Below the pieces are notes generated by a model, which saw nothing but the letters and a program-made list of their open reading frames with translations, did no database searches and was not told where the DNA came from. Both the position numbers and the translations under genes were made by a program. Positions 9,444 through 19,597 of a stretch of DNA of 64,000 nucleotides are shown piece by piece (position 1 is the first letter of the stretch; each line of letters starts with the position of its first letter). This DNA comes from Hyphomicrobiales bacterium (GTDB lineage: Bacteria; Pseudomonadota; Alphaproteobacteria; Rhizobiales; Aestuariivirgaceae): NCBI GenBank assembly GCA_038230015.1, contig JBBRNW010000013.1, forward strand, positions 1,336 to 65,335. Direction: 5' to 3'.

Positions 9444-9647
9444 TTACATAATAGAACCCGGCGGGCGTTCAAGCGAATTAGACCGGTTGCTCGTTGGCAA
9501 CTCGGGCCGAACGTAATTTGCATTATTGTATTCGTTGATAACATCATTGAACGCGTTGAGAAACTGTTCCCGCGTGAAGTCTCTTGCCTGCGCAAAGGCG
9601 CTTGGTATGGGTGTTACTGTAAATCGGTCACAAAGCACAATCGCCAT
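9444..9647 (-). pseudogene. C-terminal tip of a GH-E (HNH/EndoVII) nuclease toxin
   Basis: TREQFLNAFNDVINEYNNANYVRPELPTSNRSNSLE resembles the GH-E tail (RxxFLDEYNNPxxYRPELPSSNRSHxxE). Stop lies 4 nt before the SUFU ATG. The upstream GH motif is absent. Confidence 0.55.
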
Positions 9648-9770
9648 ACTGCGAAGCTATCGATTTAAGAGATAGTTGGTATTTCAAAAGTCGTGCAAAA
9701 TAGTCGAATTTGATAAGAGGGCAAGGCTATCCCCTAGTGCATTGCTCAAAACAAATCAGGAGATATTTGC

Positions 9771-10262
9771 ATGTTGAAACTTCCGAAATTAAACCGCATT
9801 GCGCTCGCTGCCAGTCTGGGCGCAGTGGTTGCGATCACATCTCACGGCATTGCTTTTGCTGGCCAATGCCCAGCAGACCAAATTAAAGACGGAGCGAGAA
9901 CCTCAGGCGAGACCAAAGCCGTTGGTGTCACCGATGAATTGATAGCCTCAATCGACTTAGCACCGAAGGGCGGCAGCTTTGAAGGCCAACTTTTGCGGAT
10001 GCGCAAATTAACCATTGCCACAGGGGGTGTCGTCCCATGGCATGAGCACAGTGAGCGCCCATCAAATATTTATATTCTATCAGGCTCAATTGAAGAATAC
10101 CGCGCCAACTGCGCTGTTCCGATCGTTCACAAGGCAGGCGAGGTTGCATCAGAGTTCGGTACAGGCTTTGCCCATTGGTGGAAGAACATGGGTTCTGAAC
10201 CAGTCGTGCTTTTGTCGGCTGATATTGCCAAAGATACAATGCCTAACAAACATATGATGTAA
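9771..10262 (+). CDS. Secreted cupin-domain protein
   Basis: Signal peptide; PWHEHSERP...YILSG...E and G..HWW cupin motifs; GGAG RBS. Confidence 0.85.
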   Translation: MLKLPKLNRIALAASLGAVVAITSHGIAFAGQCPADQIKDGARTSGETKAVGVTDELIASIDLAPKGGSFEGQLLRMRKLTIATGGVVPWHEHSERPSNIYILSGSIEEYRANCAVPIVHKAGEVASEFGTGFAHWWKNMGSEPVVLLSADIAKDTMPNKHMM

Positions 10263-10273
10263 TTCAATTTAGC

Positions 10274-10319
10274 TGGCACGTTGATATGGCCATCTAATCA
10301 TTTGGCGTGCCATTTTTTT
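10274..10319 (+). terminator. Possible terminator/attenuator between cupin and DUF302 genes
   Basis: TGGCACG...CGTGCCA stem followed by T7; long loop. Confidence 0.35.
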
Positions 10320-10333
10320 GACAGGAGAGAAAA

Positions 10334-10813
10334 ATGCTTCGAAAACAATTCTTCCTCGTGGCCATGGTCGTAGGTTCAGCCATGTTTGCGATGTTAAGTC
10401 GTGGTGTCGCCGAAACTCAAAGTGATGGCATTATAAAGAACAAGAGCGCCTATTCCATGAAGGAAACGGTCGAGCGCATCACGAATGACATTGCAACCAA
10501 GAAAATAAAACTTTTTGATGTAATTGACCAAGCTAAACTCGCTAAGGAAGCTGGGGTAACATTGAATCCTTCAGAGCTTATTGTGTTTGGCAATCCGCCG
10601 CTTGGCACACAGTTTCTAACAGCCAAGGCTGAGTCTGGTCTAGATTGGCCCGTGCGACTGTTGGTTTTCCAAGATGACAAGGGCCAAGTTTGGACGGCTT
10701 ACACAGATTTTTCGTGGATCGCCAAGCGCCACGGAATAACAAATAGGGAAGAACAATTCAAAAAGGCAACCGAAGTCATTTCCTCCATTACATCTAGCGT
10801 TAGAGCACCGTAA
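10334..10813 (+). CDS. Secreted DUF302-domain protein
   Basis: Signal peptide; FGNPPLGTQFL...GLDWPVRLLV motif. Confidence 0.85.
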   Translation: MLRKQFFLVAMVVGSAMFAMLSRGVAETQSDGIIKNKSAYSMKETVERITNDIATKKIKLFDVIDQAKLAKEAGVTLNPSELIVFGNPPLGTQFLTAKAESGLDWPVRLLVFQDDKGQVWTAYTDFSWIAKRHGITNREEQFKKATEVISSITSSVRAP

Positions 10814-10935
10814 TTGATGAGCGCGAGGTGAATGGTCGTCGCCGTATCACATTTTTTCACTTATTGGTTTTTTTCTAATGAATTCAATCCACATTGAATT
10901 GATTTTGGCTACTCAAGGATTTTCGCTATGACCAA

Positions 10936-11934
10936 TTGTGGCCTGAATGTCAGTCTTTAATTGCAAGGACTAGTGCAATGGACGAAACAGGGTTAGCTCT
11001 AAGTGAAAGTAACTTTGTGGAACTCCATCAGATTAAATATTTCTTGGCCTTGACCAAGGCTTTGAATTTTACCCGTGCGGCAGAAGAATGCAATGTTTCG
11101 CAGCCTGCTTTGTCGCGCGCCATTTCACAGCTTGAAGGGGAGTTGGGTGCAAAACTTTTCCGTCGAGAAAGAAATCTCACGCATCTAACAGAATTTGGGA
11201 AAAAAGTGGAACCAGAATTGCGTCAGTGTTTTGATGCAAGTTTGAACGCCAAGTCAGTTGCGCGGGACTTTCTAAAGTTAGGACAAGCGCCACTCAATAT
11301 TGCGCTGTCTCGTTCAATTGAGATGGATTCGCTTTCCACTCTGCTGGGAGAGCTAGCAGTTGCATACCCAAAAATAGAAATTAGAATCGTGCGTGGCGCA
11401 CCACGTGAGATTGGAGAAAGACTGAAAAACGGCGAGGCAGAAATTGGTATAACCGGCCCGTTAGGATATGATTGGGAAAGGATCGACGCAAAGAAGCTCT
11501 ATGAACAAGAATTCGGCCTGCTTTTGAATATGGACAATCCGCTTTACCTTCGTAACGAGATTAAGCTTGCCGATTTAAACCATCAACGTTTCCTGAGTCG
11601 GCCTTTTTGTACAATTAGTGAAATACTCGTGGCGAGATTGAGAGAGCTTGGACCTCAAACCATTTCTAAACATGAAGTTCCCTCCATTGACGACCTTCCA
11701 GGTTTGGTATTGGCAGATTTTGGTATTGGAATATGGCCAATGACCCGCAGATATAACAACAGACTATCTATCGTAAAGATTCATGATTTTGATATGACAC
11801 GCCCCATCTATGTTCATACCGTGTTTGGAAGAAAGTTATCTTCAGCTGCTAGTGCTTTTATTCTGTTGCTGCGCTCAAGAGACTGGTCTGAAACAGGGAC
11901 TTATGAGCGTTCGCAAGCGGAACAACACGCATGA
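10936..11934 (+). CDS. LysR-family regulator (true start probably GTG 11017)
   Basis: ELHQIKYFLAL...NFTRAAEECNVSQPALSRAI HTH. Confidence 0.9.
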   Translation: MWPECQSLIARTSAMDETGLALSESNFVELHQIKYFLALTKALNFTRAAEECNVSQPALSRAISQLEGELGAKLFRRERNLTHLTEFGKKVEPELRQCFDASLNAKSVARDFLKLGQAPLNIALSRSIEMDSLSTLLGELAVAYPKIEIRIVRGAPREIGERLKNGEAEIGITGPLGYDWERIDAKKLYEQEFGLLLNMDNPLYLRNEIKLADLNHQRFLSRPFCTISEILVARLRELGPQTISKHEVPSIDDLPGLVLADFGIGIWPMTRRYNNRLSIVKIHDFDMTRPIYVHTVFGRKLSSAASAFILLLRSRDWSETGTYERSQAEQHA

Positions 11935-12632
11935 ATGAGCCGACGGTTGATGAGGAATATGAAACTTGCATTGATGATTGTAAGGCAATGGATGCGTCGA
12001 TCAATCAAAGACTAGATGCAATGGCCGATGACATACGGCGCATCACGCCAGAATTTGCGGGCATGGTTGATCGGTTAATCGTTCGCTTGAAAAATAATGG
12101 GGCTGGAGCAGCAACACCTTCAATCGGCGAACCAATGCCTGAATTTGTGCTGCCAGATGAAAACGGGCACCTGGTCAGCCTCTCCCAACTTCTCGAAACA
12201 AGCCAAGTTGTGGTTGCGTTTCACCGCGGACATTGGTGCCCTTATTGCCGGATCAACGCTGATGCTATGGCGAAAATAGAAGCAGAAGTGAAAGCAGCAG
12301 GGGGTCAAATTGTGATCATCTTGCCTGAGACCCAGAAATTCACCAGAAAACTAAAGGCGGAAGCTGGTGCGACCTATCCAATCCTGACCGATATGGACAA
12401 CGGCTACGCACTTGAACTCAATCTGGCCATCGTTATTGATGACGAGCAGCAGGCTTATATGACGCATATGAAGTGGGAGTTTTCAGAATTCCAAAGCAAT
12501 AACAGCTGGATTGTGCCTATTCCAGCAACGTTCGTCATTGATCAAAACGGATTGATTAAAGGTCGATTTGTTGATCCTGATTACCGCAAGAGAATGGATA
12601 TTGATGACTTGTTGGACGCATTGCGAAAATAG
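11931..12632 (+). CDS. Peroxiredoxin-like (AhpC/TSA) protein
   Basis: FHRGHWCPYC CxxC and PIPATFVIDQNG; ATGA overlap with the LysR gene. Confidence 0.85.
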   Translation: MNEPTVDEEYETCIDDCKAMDASINQRLDAMADDIRRITPEFAGMVDRLIVRLKNNGAGAATPSIGEPMPEFVLPDENGHLVSLSQLLETSQVVVAFHRGHWCPYCRINADAMAKIEAEVKAAGGQIVIILPETQKFTRKLKAEAGATYPILTDMDNGYALELNLAIVIDDEQQAYMTHMKWEFSEFQSNNSWIVPIPATFVIDQNGLIKGRFVDPDYRKRMDIDDLLDALRK

Positions 12633-12638
12633 GCTCTG

Positions 12639-14048
12639 TCAATCCAGCGGCCGCAAATCCTGCAAAATTGTTGGCAAATATTCTGACACGGTGGGGTGAA
12701 TATGCATGGTTCGCGAGATCGCCTTATAAGGTGCACCCACTGCCATAATATCAAGGAAAGCATGCACAACTTCGTCGCCGCCTATACCCAGAATGGTGGC
12801 GCCTAGAATTTTGTGGGATTCGGCATCGACCACCACTTTCATGAAACCTTGGGTCTCGCCGCGCTCTCGCGCCCGGCCGACACCAGTCATCATGCGCTTG
12901 GCGACCAATGCCTTTATACCTTTCGCCCGAACTTCTTTTTCTGTCATGCCCACACGGCCCAAGGGTGGATCGACGAACAAGCCGTAACAAACAATACGAT
13001 CAGAAATCTTTCGCGCATCATTATCAAGCAGATTGGCGGCGACGATTTCATAATCATTGTAAGATGTATGCGTGAATGCGCCACGCCCATTCACATCGCC
13101 CATGGCCCAGATACCTGGCACATTGGTGCGACATTGATCATCCACGATAATGAAACCCTTAGCATCAGTTGCGATGCCTGCTCGATCGAGGCCAAGATCA
13201 TCGGTGTTGGGCTTGCGCCCCACGGCCATCAACACATGGCTGCACACAATGCGAGATGGCCCGGCGACGCCCTCAATATTTATGTGAATGGTGTCATCTT
13301 GCTTTTCGAACGACATATTTTTGCTACCCAGTCGAACATCGATGCCTTCCTTTTCAAGAATGTCCTGCACCGCTAATGATACATCTTCATCCTCACGGGC
13401 AATCAATCGATCAGCCGTTTCGATAACCGTTACGCGCGAACCAAAGCGCCTGAAGGCTTGCGCAAATTCAAGTCCGATGTAGCTCCCACCAATAATCGCT
13501 AAATGCTCTGGCAAGAACGTAACATCCATCATCGTTGCATTGGTGAGATAAGGGATAGATTCAACGCCTGGTATTGAGGGAACAAAGGCGCGACCGCCCG
13601 TGTTGATGAATATCTCTTTGGCTCGCAATATCTCATCATTCACACTGACTGTATTAGGCCCGGTGAACCGCGCATGACCACGGTAAACTTTACCGCCCTC
13701 CAGACCTTCCATCCAGTTCGTGACGCCAGTGCGTGACTTTTCTACGATCGCATCTTTGCGCGCCATCACGCGCTTCATATCAACTTTGATGGGCCCATCA
13801 ATATCAACGCCGTATTCGGCTGACCTTCCCGCCAGATGGGCTGCATAAGCACTGGCCACCAAGGCCTTGGTGGGAACACAGCCAGTATTGACACAAGTGC
13901 CACCAAAATATTCGCGTTCAATAATGGCTACTTTTCGTCCAGCCTTCGAAAGCCGTGCGGCGAGAGACGGGCCAGCTTGGCCCGTACCAATAATAATGGC
14001 ATCGTATGTGGCAGTCATGACATGCTCAAGGTTATTGTAACTAACCAA
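12639..14048 (-). CDS. Class I pyridine nucleotide-disulfide oxidoreductase (RclA/MerA/Lpd-like fold)
   Basis: GTGQAG, GGTCVNTGCVPTK redox motif, GGSYIGLE, HIHPTVSE; no C-terminal Cys pair. Confidence 0.85.
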   Translation of the reverse strand: MVSYNNLEHVMTATYDAIIIGTGQAGPSLAARLSKAGRKVAIIEREYFGGTCVNTGCVPTKALVASAYAAHLAGRSAEYGVDIDGPIKVDMKRVMARKDAIVEKSRTGVTNWMEGLEGGKVYRGHARFTGPNTVSVNDEILRAKEIFINTGGRAFVPSIPGVESIPYLTNATMMDVTFLPEHLAIIGGSYIGLEFAQAFRRFGSRVTVIETADRLIAREDEDVSLAVQDILEKEGIDVRLGSKNMSFEKQDDTIHINIEGVAGPSRIVCSHVLMAVGRKPNTDDLGLDRAGIATDAKGFIIVDDQCRTNVPGIWAMGDVNGRGAFTHTSYNDYEIVAANLLDNDARKISDRIVCYGLFVDPPLGRVGMTEKEVRAKGIKALVAKRMMTGVGRARERGETQGFMKVVVDAESHKILGATILGIGGDEVVHAFLDIMAVGAPYKAISRTMHIHPTVSEYLPTILQDLRPLD

Positions 14049-14053
14049 AAGCC

Positions 14054-15268
14054 TTAGCTTGTTGTCGCGCCGCTCGCTATATCATTTTCAGTCATAATGG
14101 CTTTGACTGGGGCCATTTCTGCGGATGACTCGTGTAAGATTACCCCTTCAAGTGGGTCAAAATCACCCTCCCACGGCGAGCTTTCGATCATACGCATGGT
14201 GTTCTCATAGCCAGCTTCCATGCGTTGGCGTATGCCTGAAGAACTGAAATCGACATCCTTGTTATTATCTTCGTGTTTCAGGCTTGGTGCCAGAAGCCGC
14301 ACGATATGCATTTGGGTTACGCAACCCCAACTCGCAAGTTCGCGCACTTCATTGCTGTTACGAGCAGGTTCAGGAATTTTTTCGACCAAACTCTTTATCA
14401 CATGACGCAGGCGGTGTGATTGCAATTGCCGCGCAATTTGGTTGGCAACGCGACTGGAATATTGAATGTCTTTGTGTCGATGCAAAACTTCACCGATGGT
14501 CCCGGGTTCAGCGCCTTTTGGGTTCCACAAATGTACGGCGAAAATCAGGGAGTTGCGGCGCGGAATGTCATCAAACACAACTTCAGTTGGCGTGTTGGAA
14601 AGAATGCCACCATCCCAATAGAGCTCGCCGTCAATTCGTACCGCTGGAAACGCGGGAGGCAATGCGCCTGATGCCAAGATATGTTTGGCATTGATTTTAG
14701 TATCGCGGCTATCGAAATAGCGCATCATACTCGAGGTCACATGCGCTGCACCCACGGTGAGACGTGGGTTGCACTGGTTCAACATCTCGAAGTCAACGAG
14801 TTCCGCTAATGTTTGCTCAAGTGGTGAAGTGGAATAATATGCTGCTTCTTCGGCGCCAAGAATTGCATCTTGACCCAAGAATGCCGCCGGATTTGGTTTA
14901 AAAAATCCTGGGATACCGCCAACTGTCGTGTTCATGAGTGACATTGATTGTGCGAGCTTGGGCCATGGTGCTCCAAAATCCAAAAATGATTTCCGCGCCA
15001 TCCGTTGCCAAAACTCGGTGAGCGCCGGCAATCGGTTTTCGGGTTTGTTGCCAGCAATCAGGCTGGCATTGATGGCACCAATTGAAGTGCCGATGATCCA
15101 ACTTGGTTCAATACCCGCTTCATGCATAGCCTGATAGACACCAACCTGATAAGCGCCGAGCGCTCCACCTCCCTGGAATACCAATACCACCTGCCCGCGA
15201 CTGGTCTTTGGCTTGGTGCCATTGCTGGAGTTCGGCTGTTTTTTTGACGTCTTCACATCGGCTGTCAT
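14054..15268 (-). CDS. Patatin-like phospholipase/esterase with probable DUF3734 C-terminus
   Basis: GGGALG, GTSIG, DGG motifs; start ATG 15268 with AGGAG RBS. Confidence 0.85.
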   Translation of the reverse strand: MTADVKTSKKQPNSSNGTKPKTSRGQVVLVFQGGGALGAYQVGVYQAMHEAGIEPSWIIGTSIGAINASLIAGNKPENRLPALTEFWQRMARKSFLDFGAPWPKLAQSMSLMNTTVGGIPGFFKPNPAAFLGQDAILGAEEAAYYSTSPLEQTLAELVDFEMLNQCNPRLTVGAAHVTSSMMRYFDSRDTKINAKHILASGALPPAFPAVRIDGELYWDGGILSNTPTEVVFDDIPRRNSLIFAVHLWNPKGAEPGTIGEVLHRHKDIQYSSRVANQIARQLQSHRLRHVIKSLVEKIPEPARNSNEVRELASWGCVTQMHIVRLLAPSLKHEDNNKDVDFSSSGIRQRMEAGYENTMRMIESSPWEGDFDPLEGVILHESSAEMAPVKAIMTENDIASGATTS

Positions 15269-15294
15269 TTCACTCTCCTGATTAATTACTGCGT

Positions 15295-16113
15295 CTACTG
15301 TGCTGTCCAGCCGCCTTCGATAGGCAAGGCGGCGCCAGTTATTGACGCTCCTCCATCGGTGCATAAAAACACAGCCAGCGCACCGATTTGTTCGGTTGTT
15401 ACGAATTGTTTGGTCGGCTGCGCGTGAAGTAAAACGTTATTGATGACGTCTTCTTCACTTATGCCACGGGCTTTTGCGGTTTCCGGAATTTGCTTTTGCA
15501 CTAAAGGTGTAAGCACATAGCCCGGGCAAATGGCATTGACTGTAATTCCAAATTCCGCGGTCTCAAGAGCGACGGTTTTAGTTAAGCCGAGCAGGCCATG
15601 CTTTGCCGCAACATAAGCTGATTTGAACGGCGATGCGACAAGCGCATGGGCAGAAGCAACATTTATGATACGACCCCACTTGCGCACTTTCATATCTGCA
15701 ACAACAGCTCTCATAGCATGAAAAGCAGAAGACAAATCGATCGCGATAATCGCATCCCATTTGGCCACCGGAAATGTCTCGATGGCCTCAACATGTTGAA
15801 TCCCAGCATTATTGACCAGCACATCTACTTGACCGAAAAGTTTGAAAGCAGTTTTAACCATATTGCTGATTTCATCTGGCTTTGTCATATTGGCGCTCGA
15901 GTAGGCAACACCAACATCAAATTCTTGTGACAATGCTGAACGCGTTGCTTCAATCTCGTTTTCATCGCCCAATCCATTAAGCATAACATTCATGCCCTGC
16001 GCTGCGAAAGCACGAGCAATGCCTAAGCCAATGCCGCTTGTAGAACCCGTAACGATTGCACTTTTGCCAGTTAGTGTTGATTTAGCATATGTGCTTGTAT
16101 TTTTATCCTGCAT
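15295..16113 (-). CDS. bdhA: 3-hydroxybutyrate dehydrogenase (SDR)
   Basis: TGSTSGIGLG, NNAGIQHV, SPFKSAYVAAKHG, ICPGYVLTPLVQKQI; start ATG 16113 with GGAG RBS. Confidence 0.85.
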   Translation of the reverse strand: MQDKNTSTYAKSTLTGKSAIVTGSTSGIGLGIARAFAAQGMNVMLNGLGDENEIEATRSALSQEFDVGVAYSSANMTKPDEISNMVKTAFKLFGQVDVLVNNAGIQHVEAIETFPVAKWDAIIAIDLSSAFHAMRAVVADMKVRKWGRIINVASAHALVASPFKSAYVAAKHGLLGLTKTVALETAEFGITVNAICPGYVLTPLVQKQIPETAKARGISEEDVINNVLLHAQPTKQFVTTEQIGALAVFLCTDGGASITGAALPIEGGWTAQ

Positions 16114-16258
16114 AGAAAGCTCCAATAACTTGGGTCAGCTAAAACTACTGCGCTGGATCGAAATACGGAAATGCCCGATACGTCTCAATTCTATAGCAAA
16201 TGCACATTGATACCAGAGTAACAATGCATTTTACTCGTTAGAGAATTGCCCGCATGAA

Positions 16259-17518
16259 TTGACGCAGAAAATCGGATTGGAGCAAAGTTTGGTGATACCT
16301 GCGGAAGTTGTTAATGGTCCAATGTCAGAAGCCGCCAAGGCGCAAAAAGGCTTAAATTTCCTGCGGTCACTATTTATCGGAGTAATCGGATTCTTGACCT
16401 TGGTTGATTTGTTTGCAACCCAAGCCATCTTGCCATCGCTTGCCATGCATTACGGCGTGAAGCCCGCTGCAATTGGCCTAGCCGCCAATGCGAGCACCAT
16501 GGGCATGGCCGTTTCATGTTTAGTCGTGGCACTCATCAGCCGCTCTCTCAACCGTTGGCGTGGCATTTGGGTCTGTCTTGCTTTGCTTGCAATACCCACA
16601 TCACTTTTGGCCATTGCGCCTGATCTTACAACCTTCACGGCACTTCGTATTGTGCAGGGGTTTTTCATGGCGGCAGCCTTTACGTTGACCATGGCCTATC
16701 TCGCCGAACATAACAGCGCTGAAGCAACAGCCAGCGCATTGGCGGCCTATATTACGGGCGTGGTCGCCAGCAATCTTGTAGGTCGTTTGGTGTCTGCAAC
16801 CTTGGCTGATTTCTTCGGCTTAGGTGTGAATTTTTATTTCTTTGCTGCGCTTAATCTTGTGGGAGCTGCTTTGGTCTTTTTAAACCTAGACCGCATGTCG
16901 CCAATGGTTTCAACGGCGCAAATAAGTTCGCCCTTGGCAAGTTGGGGGCAACATTTAAGTAATCGTGCTTTGCTCGCCAGTTTTGGAATCGGGTTCCTTA
17001 TACTTTTCGCCTTTATCGGAATCTTCACTTATGTGAATTTTGTGCTCTCGGGCACCCCCATTTCCCTCAGCCGGATGTCACTGGGTCTTGTCTATTTCGT
17101 CTTTTTACCGGCCATGTTTACAACACCAACAGCAGGTCGAATTGCACTGCGGGTTGGAACGAGGCCAGCAATTTGGGGTGGGCTGGCGGTTGCATTGGTC
17201 GGTCTGCCATTTTTGCTTGTGTCTGATATTGGCGGTGTGGTTGTGGGCTTGGTCTTAGTAAGTGCCGGTACTTTTTTTGCGCAAGCTATTGGCACTGGTT
17301 ATGTTGGTCGCGCGGCTATGGGTGATCGCGCGTCAGCCAGCGGGCTTTATCTTGCGTGCTATTATCTTGGTGGCCTTATGGGAGCAGCTTTACTGGGCCA
17401 AATTTTTGATCGTTATGGCTGGCCTGCGTGTGTTGCTGGTGTTGCAATTTCGTTGGCATTGGCGGCTGTGTTGGCTTTCGGACTCGAAGTGCCGCCGAAG
17501 TCCACACCTACGGCATAA
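16259..17518 (+). CDS. MFS transporter (YnfM-like)
   Basis: About 12 hydrophobic segments; GNLxGR-like SNLVGR and SGLYLACYYLGG motifs. Confidence 0.85.
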   Translation: MTQKIGLEQSLVIPAEVVNGPMSEAAKAQKGLNFLRSLFIGVIGFLTLVDLFATQAILPSLAMHYGVKPAAIGLAANASTMGMAVSCLVVALISRSLNRWRGIWVCLALLAIPTSLLAIAPDLTTFTALRIVQGFFMAAAFTLTMAYLAEHNSAEATASALAAYITGVVASNLVGRLVSATLADFFGLGVNFYFFAALNLVGAALVFLNLDRMSPMVSTAQISSPLASWGQHLSNRALLASFGIGFLILFAFIGIFTYVNFVLSGTPISLSRMSLGLVYFVFLPAMFTTPTAGRIALRVGTRPAIWGGLAVALVGLPFLLVSDIGGVVVGLVLVSAGTFFAQAIGTGYVGRAAMGDRASASGLYLACYYLGGLMGAALLGQIFDRYGWPACVAGVAISLALAAVLAFGLEVPPKSTPTA

Positions 17519-17694
17519 AATCGTTCATAGATTGAGCATCGGAAGACTATTGAGCTAGGAGTTGAAACAAAGTGCGAGAGTGATCAGCCAACCTAAGTCT
17601 TGATGCTATTTGTGCGGTCTAGAGCAGCAGAAAATGCCGTAGAATGCAAAATTGAATCCGTATCTTGCATTTGTTACATGTTAAATATTAGACA

Positions 17695-17889
17695 ATGGAA
17701 ATGAAATAGTTAGAAGATTTTGTTGCCTTGGCTGAAGCAGAAAACTCACTATCGCCGAACAGATGAGGAATTTTTCAAAGCCTGCGTTATCGAAGAATAA
17801 CTCGGTGCACCTTTTCTTCGGCGCGACAGCAAGCCAGCCCGCGTTTTACTCGCCATCAGTCATAAAATCGAACAGATAAAATCGATGTC
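17695..17889 (+). pseudogene. LysR N-terminal relic truncated at the IS3 end
   Basis: MEMK*LEDFVALAEAEN / AEQMRNFSKPALS / LGAPFLRRDSKP; in-frame TAG where Trp is expected (MExKWLEDF type), plus frameshifts. Confidence 0.6.
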
Positions 17890-19112
17890 TGAATAGCCCC
17901 GGGATTCTTAGACACCCTGCGTGTTCAGTTTTTGCTCCAATTAGAATACGACTGGTGACAGCATCTCGTTTTTAGCGTGTTTGCGTTTTGGATTGTAGAA
18001 CATTTCAATTTATTCGAATACGTCTTGGCGTGTTTCTTCTCTCGTGCGGTAGATTTTGCGTCTGACACGTTCTCGCTTGAGTGGGTTGAAGAAACTTTCG
18101 GTAACGGCGCTATCGTGAGAGTTACCGCGTAGGCTCACCGAATGTCCGAGATTATGTTGCTTTAAAAAAAAGGCCCAGTCGATGCAGGTGATTTGTGAAC
18201 CTGTGTCTGAATGGATGAAGACTTTTATTGTTGGCTTCCTGCGTCAGACAGCCATCAGAAAAGCTTGTAGACCATGTCGGATTTTTCACCGCTTGACAGG
18301 GCCCAGCCAACAACTTTGTGCGCGTAGATATGAATGACAATGGTCAAATGGGCTAAGCTTTTGCTGGTTTTGATCTAAGTGATATGGCTGACTCAAACTT
18401 TATCGGGCGTATCGACTTCAAATTGTCTCGCCAGCGTATTGTCGACAGCGATTGATGGCTTGCCACGACAGCTCATTATGCTGCCTTTATAGCCAATGAG
18501 CGCTTTGATCCCAACCAGCGTTGTCAGTCGCGCTACGCGGTTTAGACAACAGGTCTCGCCATGATCTCTCAAGTCATTATGCAGTTTGAGATAACCATAG
18601 ATCTTGCCACTGTTGTCCCAGGTTTCCCTAAGCAGCTTTGTCTGGCGGTCATCTTCACCACCGCTCTTCCTTATTGGTTGTTTCGCCCCTGCACAGAAAA
18701 CGCTGGGATGTAGGCAGAGCGTCTGACACATGACACGGATCGTGCACTGCAGCTGGTGCGCCTTGATGAACACGTACTTCACTTTGTGTCTTTGGCGAAA
18801 TACGCGGTGGCTTTTTTGCATGTCACGCTCCTCAGTGACACGCGCCAGCTCCTGCTTCAGCCGCCTGATCTCGGCTGACTGGTCATCCTTCACCGCTGTG
18901 CCAGGCAAAGCTGCATGCCGCTTTATCCAAGCGTACAGTGAGTGCGTACTGACGCCCAAGCGCTGCGAAACATCTGCAATAGAATGTCCCCGTTCCGTAA
19001 TTTGCTTGATGGCATCAGTTTTGAAATCTTCCATAAATCTAGGTTGTCCTATGATCGTCTCCTTGCCTCGTTTTGTAAGGGGCAAAGTGTCTACAAATCT
19101 AGGGGCTATTCA
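17890..19112 (-). mobile_element. IS3-family element, 1223 bp, transposase decayed
   Basis: 26-bp terminal IRs at 17890-17915 (TGAATAGCCCCGGGATTCTTAGACAC) and 19087-19112 (rc TGAATAGCCCCTAGATTTGTAGACAC), 22/26 identical. OrfA HTH (GHSIADVSQRLGVSTHSLYAW); orfB with stops, ending ESFFNPLKRE...FYNPKRKH...LSPV. No flanking direct repeat. Confidence 0.9.
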
Positions 19113-19114
19113 TC

Positions 19115-19597
19115 TCACTTCTCAACCAGCTGGAACAAGGTGAGGTCGATCTGGGTCTCATCACGCCGGAAAGCGCGCCCGACCAGTTACGGTCTCGCAA
19201 ACTCTTGGATGAACATTTTGTAGTGATTGCCAGACGCAATCACCCGACTGTCCAACGCAGCCTTGATCTTGACCTATTTTGTTCGCTTGACCACATCATC
19301 GTCTCGCCGCGCGGGGGCAGCTTTACAGGCGCGACCGACACCGCCCTAGAATCGGTTAGCCGAAAGCGACGGGTCACTTTATCTGTTACAAGTTTTCTGA
19401 TGGTACCTGAGATCGTCGCGCGCTCAGATATGATCGCGCTTGTTCCGCAACGCCTCGTGATGGACCGTGCCGACAGGCTGAAAATTATCCAGCCACCACT
19501 TGTCGTGACCGGGTTTACAATCTCGATGGTGTGGCATGACAGAACAAGCGCACATCCAGCCCAAAAATGGCTGCGGGAGCGATTGATGAAAATTTGA
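19115..19597 (+). pseudogene. LysR substrate-binding domain only (NodD/LeuO/DntR-like), 5' truncated by IS3
   Basis: Frame open from the IS edge: LLNQLEQGEVDLGL...HIIVSPRGG...WHDRTSAHPAQKWLRE; no HTH. Confidence 0.8.

Noticed and set aside
12639-14048. Mercuric reductase MerA
   Set aside because: No C-terminal Cys-Cys pair, no NmerA domain, and no merR/merT/merP nearby.
14054-15364. Longest-ORF starts in the track (e.g. 15364, 2329, 26464, 48740, 59290, 44605)
   Set aside because: Downstream ATGs have better RBSs, avoid long overlaps and match family N-termini.
17695-19597. A single LysR gene simply interrupted by IS3
   Set aside because: No target-site duplication, the middle of the gene is missing, and the halves look like different subfamilies.
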